Notes under the pieces: model-generated
Databases searched by the model: none
Told to the model about the DNA's origin: nothing
Seen by the model: the letters and a program-made list of their open reading frames with translations, nothing else
Shown here: piece after piece, positions 60,574 to 64,000 of the stretch
Position numbering within the stretch: the first letter of the stretch is position 1
Layout: the number at the start of each line of letters is the position of its first letter
Program-made: the position numbers and the translations under genes
Assembly (NCBI GenBank): GCA_046566045.1
Contig: JBKHXL010000063.1
Coordinates: 21,460-85,459, forward strand
Length of the DNA stretch: 64,000 bases
Direction: 5' to 3'
From: Candidatus Limnocylindria bacterium
Lineage (GTDB): Bacteria > Chloroflexota > Limnocylindria > Limnocylindrales > CSP1-4

Positions 60574-61970
60574 GCCATCCGGGCGTAGTCGGCCGGGGCG
60601 CGCCTGATGAACCGACCGTGGCCCCGGCGACCGGTGAACGTGCCGTCGCGCACGATGACCGAGCCGCGCGACAGGACGACGTCGCTGGCGCCGAGGACCG
60701 AGCGGCCCTCGTAGCACGAGTAGTCGACGTCCATGTGATGGGTACTGGCCGAGATCGTGCGACGGCGGCTCGGGTCGTACACCACGAGGTCGGCGTCGGC
60801 TCCCACGCTGACGGACCCCTTGCGGGGATACATCCCGAACAGCTTGGCCGGCGCGGTCGAGATGATCTCGACCCAGCGCTCCCGGGTGATCCGGCCGGCC
60901 GCGACCCCGCCGTCGTGCAGCAGGTCCACGCGATCCTCGACGCCGGGCAGGCCGTTGGGAACCTTGCGGAAGTCGTCCCGACCGAGGTCCCTCTGGCCCT
61001 CGAAGTCGAACGGGCAGTGGTCGGTCGAGACGACCTGCAGGTCGTCCTTGACCAGGCCGGTCCACAGGTCCTCCCAGTGGTCCCTGGGACGGAGCGGCGG
61101 GGAGCACACGAACTTGGCCCCCTCGAACCCGTTGCCCAGGTCGTCGAGCGACAGGAACAGGTACTGCGGGCACGTCTCGGCGAAGGCCTTCGATCCGCGG
61201 TCGCGCGCGGCCCGGACCTCGGCCAGCGCCTCGCGCGCGGACAGGTGGACGATGTAGACGGGCACGCCGGCCGCCTCCGCCAGGCGGATCACCCGGTTGG
61301 TCGCCTCACCCTCGAACACGGCCTTGCGAGCCAGCCCGTGCCCGATCGGATCGGTCGTGCCGGCGGCGACGGTCTGCTCGGCCACGACGTCGATGGCCAA
61401 CCCATTCTCGGCGTGCGTCATGATCAGCCCGCCGTTTGATGCCGTCTGCTGCATCGCCCGGAAGATCGCCCCGTCGTCCGAGTAGAAGACGCCCGGATAG
61501 GCGGTGAACAGCTTGAAGTCGGGGACGCCCTCCTCGGCCACCAGGCGGTCCATCTCCCTGAGCGTGTCGTCGTTGACGTCGCTCATGATCATGTGGAACC
61601 CGTAGTCGGCCACGGCGTTGCCCTCGGCCTTCTCGTGCCACGCGTCGAGCCCGTCGCGCAGGCTCTGGCCGCGGGTCTGCACGGCGAAGTCCACGATCGT
61701 CGTCGTGCCGCCGAACGCCGCGGCCCGGGTGCCCGTCTCGAAGGTGTCCTTGGCGAACGTCCCGCCGAACGGCAGCTCCATGTGGGTGTGGACGTCGATG
61801 GCGCCCGGGATGACGTACTTGCCGCTGGCGTCGATCGTGTCGTCGGCGCTGATGCCGGCGCCAGGCAGATCGGCCCCGATGAGCGCGATGATCTCGCCAT
61901 CGACCAGGACGTCGGCTCGCTGCGAGCCCTCGGCGGTGACGATCGTGCCGTTGGTGATGAGCGTGCGCAT
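60570..61970 (-). CDS. hydA: Dihydropyrimidinase/D-hydantoinase
   Basis: IDVHTH, FGGTTTIVDF, FKLFTAY (carbamylated Lys), THAENG, IVHLS, ETCPQY, STDHCPF. Confidence 0.96.
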   Translation of the reverse strand: MRTLITNGTIVTAEGSQRADVLVDGEIIALIGADLPGAGISADDTIDASGKYVIPGAIDVHTHMELPFGGTFAKDTFETGTRAAAFGGTTTIVDFAVQTRGQSLRDGLDAWHEKAEGNAVADYGFHMIMSDVNDDTLREMDRLVAEEGVPDFKLFTAYPGVFYSDDGAIFRAMQQTASNGGLIMTHAENGLAIDVVAEQTVAAGTTDPIGHGLARKAVFEGEATNRVIRLAEAAGVPVYIVHLSAREALAEVRAARDRGSKAFAETCPQYLFLSLDDLGNGFEGAKFVCSPPLRPRDHWEDLWTGLVKDDLQVVSTDHCPFDFEGQRDLGRDDFRKVPNGLPGVEDRVDLLHDGGVAAGRITRERWVEIISTAPAKLFGMYPRKGSVSVGADADLVVYDPSRRRTISASTHHMDVDYSCYEGRSVLGASDVVLSRGSVIVRDGTFTGRRGHGRFIRRAPADYARMA

Positions 61971-62065
61971 CGGTCCCTCCTGCGACGGACGACGGGTCGG
62001 TCAGGGGGATGATGGTAGGCGATGGCGACCGGTGAGGGGAGCGTGCCCGGCGGGTGGGACGGCGG

Positions 62066-62260
62066 TCAGCCGAGGCCGAGACCCAGCGAGGCGAGGGCCG
62101 GCCAGAGCACCTCGAGCCAGGCCGCGGTGGTCAGGCCGCAGGCGACGATGGCGACCGCGCAGGCCAGCGCGGCGACGAACTTGCGGCGGACCCTGTGGTG
62201 GCGGGCATCGATGCCCTCGAGGTCCCACCAGGGGTCGCGTCGGGTACGCAGCGCGGGCAT
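62066..62260 (-). CDS. Small hypothetical membrane protein (64 aa)
   Basis: GGAGG SD about 10 nt upstream; basic N-terminus followed by one or two hydrophobic helices. Confidence 0.55.
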   Translation of the reverse strand: MPALRTRRDPWWDLEGIDARHHRVRRKFVAALACAVAIVACGLTTAAWLEVLWPALASLGLGLG

Positions 62261-62387
62261 CGTCGGGATCCTCCAGGTGGCGCATGGGCGGTGTCGTGCG
62301 GGGGTGCCTCGATGATGGCGTCCGGCGGGCGACCCGCCCAGCCTGACCCTCGGCCCATGACCCCTGCCCCGACGTACCGGCCGACGG

Positions 62388-63380
62388 TCAGTCGCGCAGG
62401 GCGGGGATGATCTCGCGGCCGTAGATCTCGAGCTGCTCTTCCTCGTCGCCGTTCATGAGGTACAGGTTGAACTGATCGACGCCCGCGTCGGCCAGCGCTC
62501 GCAGCCGCGCGATGTGATCGTCGACCGAGCCGACCAGCGCGAAGCGGTCGACGATCGCGTCGGTCACGAACGCCGCGTTGGAGCTGCCGACCTCGGCGTG
62601 GTGCCGGTAGTCGTAGCCCTCGCGGTCGCGGATGTACGTCGTCAGCTCCTCGGGCAGGTCCTCGCGCGGGTACTTGTTGACCAGGTCCACGACGTGGTTC
62701 GACACGAGCGCCGGGAACCAGCGCACGCGGTCGCGCGCCTCGGCCAGGTCGCCGACATGGGCCGGCGCCGCCGCCATGATCCTGACCGCGTCGTCGCCAC
62801 GCCCGGCCTCGACCGAGGACGCCCGGACCTGCGACACGAACCAGCGCACGAGGTCCGGGTCGCCGATCTGGAGCATCGCCCCGTCGGCGATCCGGCCGGT
62901 CAGCTTCAGGGCGACCGGCCCGTACCCGGCGATCCAGACCGGCAGGTGCCCGCCCGGGGTCCACGGCAGCTCGAGCGTCGCGCCCTCGTACTCGATCGAC
63001 CGGCCCTCGACCAGGGCGCGGATGACGTGGACCGCGGTCTCGAGGTCCCGCATCGAGGTCGGCGGCTTGCCCAGCACGCGCCGGGCGGAATCGCCGCGAC
63101 CGATGCCGAGGTCCATCCGACCCCCGCTGATCTCGTTGAGCACGGCCAGGCTGGACGCGGTGACCGACGGTTCGCGCGTGGCGGGGTTCGTCACGCACGT
63201 CCCGAGCCGCAGCGTGGTCGTCGCACCGGCCATCAGGACCAGCAGCGGATACGGGTCGCGCCACAGGACGTGGCTGTCGAACAGCCAGCCGTGACTGAAG
63301 CCGGCCGCCTCCGCCTGGCGGGTGAGGGCCAGCGTGCGCTCGATCGAGTGGTCGGGCTTGAGCGTGAATCCGAACTGCAT
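62388..63380 (-). CDS. LLM-class, probably F420-dependent oxidoreductase (TIGR03842-like)
   Basis: GWLFDSH.LWRDPY, GTCVTNP.TR, LGIGRGDSA, AGYGP, LVSNHV; SD GAGGAG. Confidence 0.88.
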   Translation of the reverse strand: MQFGFTLKPDHSIERTLALTRQAEAAGFSHGWLFDSHVLWRDPYPLLVLMAGATTTLRLGTCVTNPATREPSVTASSLAVLNEISGGRMDLGIGRGDSARRVLGKPPTSMRDLETAVHVIRALVEGRSIEYEGATLELPWTPGGHLPVWIAGYGPVALKLTGRIADGAMLQIGDPDLVRWFVSQVRASSVEAGRGDDAVRIMAAAPAHVGDLAEARDRVRWFPALVSNHVVDLVNKYPREDLPEELTTYIRDREGYDYRHHAEVGSSNAAFVTDAIVDRFALVGSVDDHIARLRALADAGVDQFNLYLMNGDEEEQLEIYGREIIPALRD

Positions 63381-63477
63381 CAGCCGTGCTCCTCTTCGGG
63401 CGCCGGACCGGGAAACGGCGCGGCTCGGCCGTCCTCCTCCAGACAGCCGAGCCGGCGCGGATGATAGCGCCTTCCGG

Positions 63478-63999
63478 CTAGGGCCGTGTCAAGTCCGTGT
63501 AGGCGTCGGGACGCCGATCGCGGTAGAACTGCCAAGTGTTGCGGACCTCGGTGATCTTGTCGAGGTCCAGGTCGCGCACGACGAGCTCCTCCTCGTGCGC
63601 CGAGGCGACGTCGCCGACGTACTGCCCGCGCGGGTCGACGAAGTAGCTCTGGCCGTAGAAGTCGTCCTCGCCGAGGTCCTCGATCCCGACCCGGTTGATG
63701 GTGCCGACGTAGTAGCCGTTGGCCACGGCGTGGCTGGGCTGCTCGATCCGCCACAGGTACTCGGACAGGCCGCGCGAGGTGGCCGACGGGATGAGCACGA
63801 TCTCGGCGCCGTTGAGCCCGAGGGCGCGGGCCCCCTCCGGGAAGTGCCGGTCGTAGCAGATGTACACGCCGATCTTGCCGACCGCCGTCTCGAACACGGG
63901 ATAGCCGAGGTTGCCTGGCCGGAAGTAGAACTTCTCCCAGAATCCCTTGACGTGCGGGATGTGGGTCTTGCGGTACTTGCCGAGGTAGGTCCCGTCGGC
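63478..63999 (-). CDS. Nitrilase-superfamily beta-ureidopropionase-like amidohydrolase, 5' truncated by the window edge
   Basis: GKYRKTHIPH, FWEKFYF.PGN, ICYDRHFPEG (catalytic Cys), TINRVG, FYRDRRP. Confidence 0.92.
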   Translation of the reverse strand, partial: ADGTYLGKYRKTHIPHVKGFWEKFYFRPGNLGYPVFETAVGKIGVYICYDRHFPEGARALGLNGAEIVLIPSATSRGLSEYLWRIEQPSHAVANGYYVGTINRVGIEDLGEDDFYGQSYFVDPRGQYVGDVASAHEEELVVRDLDLDKITEVRNTWQFYRDRRPDAYTDLTRP

Positions 64000-64000
64000 G

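Overview
Very GC-rich bacterial chromosomal DNA, densely coding (about 60 CDS; both window ends fall inside genes). Gene content (DosS/DosR-like pair, MMPL, RND permease without a fusion protein, F420-type LLM enzyme, SAM-I riboswitch, many leaderless genes) suggests a monoderm Terrabacteria genome, probably Chloroflexota or Actinomycetota; this is inference. I found no rRNA, tRNA, CRISPR array, transposase or phage gene. Main loci in order: (1) CoA-transferase A/B; (2) a heme-GAF DosS/DosR-like system flanked by USPs and followed by an arsR-dsrE-tusA-dsrE-tusA-sqr-usp sulfur-relay operon, with candidate DosR boxes and an ArsR operator; (3) a large clan-CD/C25-like peptidase with a PxKF domain, broken by homopolymer indels and fused out of frame to a truncated cyclase-AAA-TPR gene; (4) transport and stress genes; (5) sufBD plus a Rieske ferredoxin behind an IscR-like operator; (6) an acylase/amine-oxidase/cyclodeaminase operon; (7) ECF sigma/anti-sigma, lgt, plsC, CBS and CGL; (8) a SAM-I-controlled thrC-moaD operon; (9) pckA, mdh and an S8 protease; (10) mmsA with a Rieske oxygenase; (11) pyrimidine catabolism genes, with hydA translationally coupled to an RsbW/STAS/PP2C module and mmuM. 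The best candidates for an undescribed system are the gas-sensor-controlled sulfur-relay/SQR module and the SAM-regulated ThrC/MoaD pair. All functions come from motif recognition by eye; no database searches were run.
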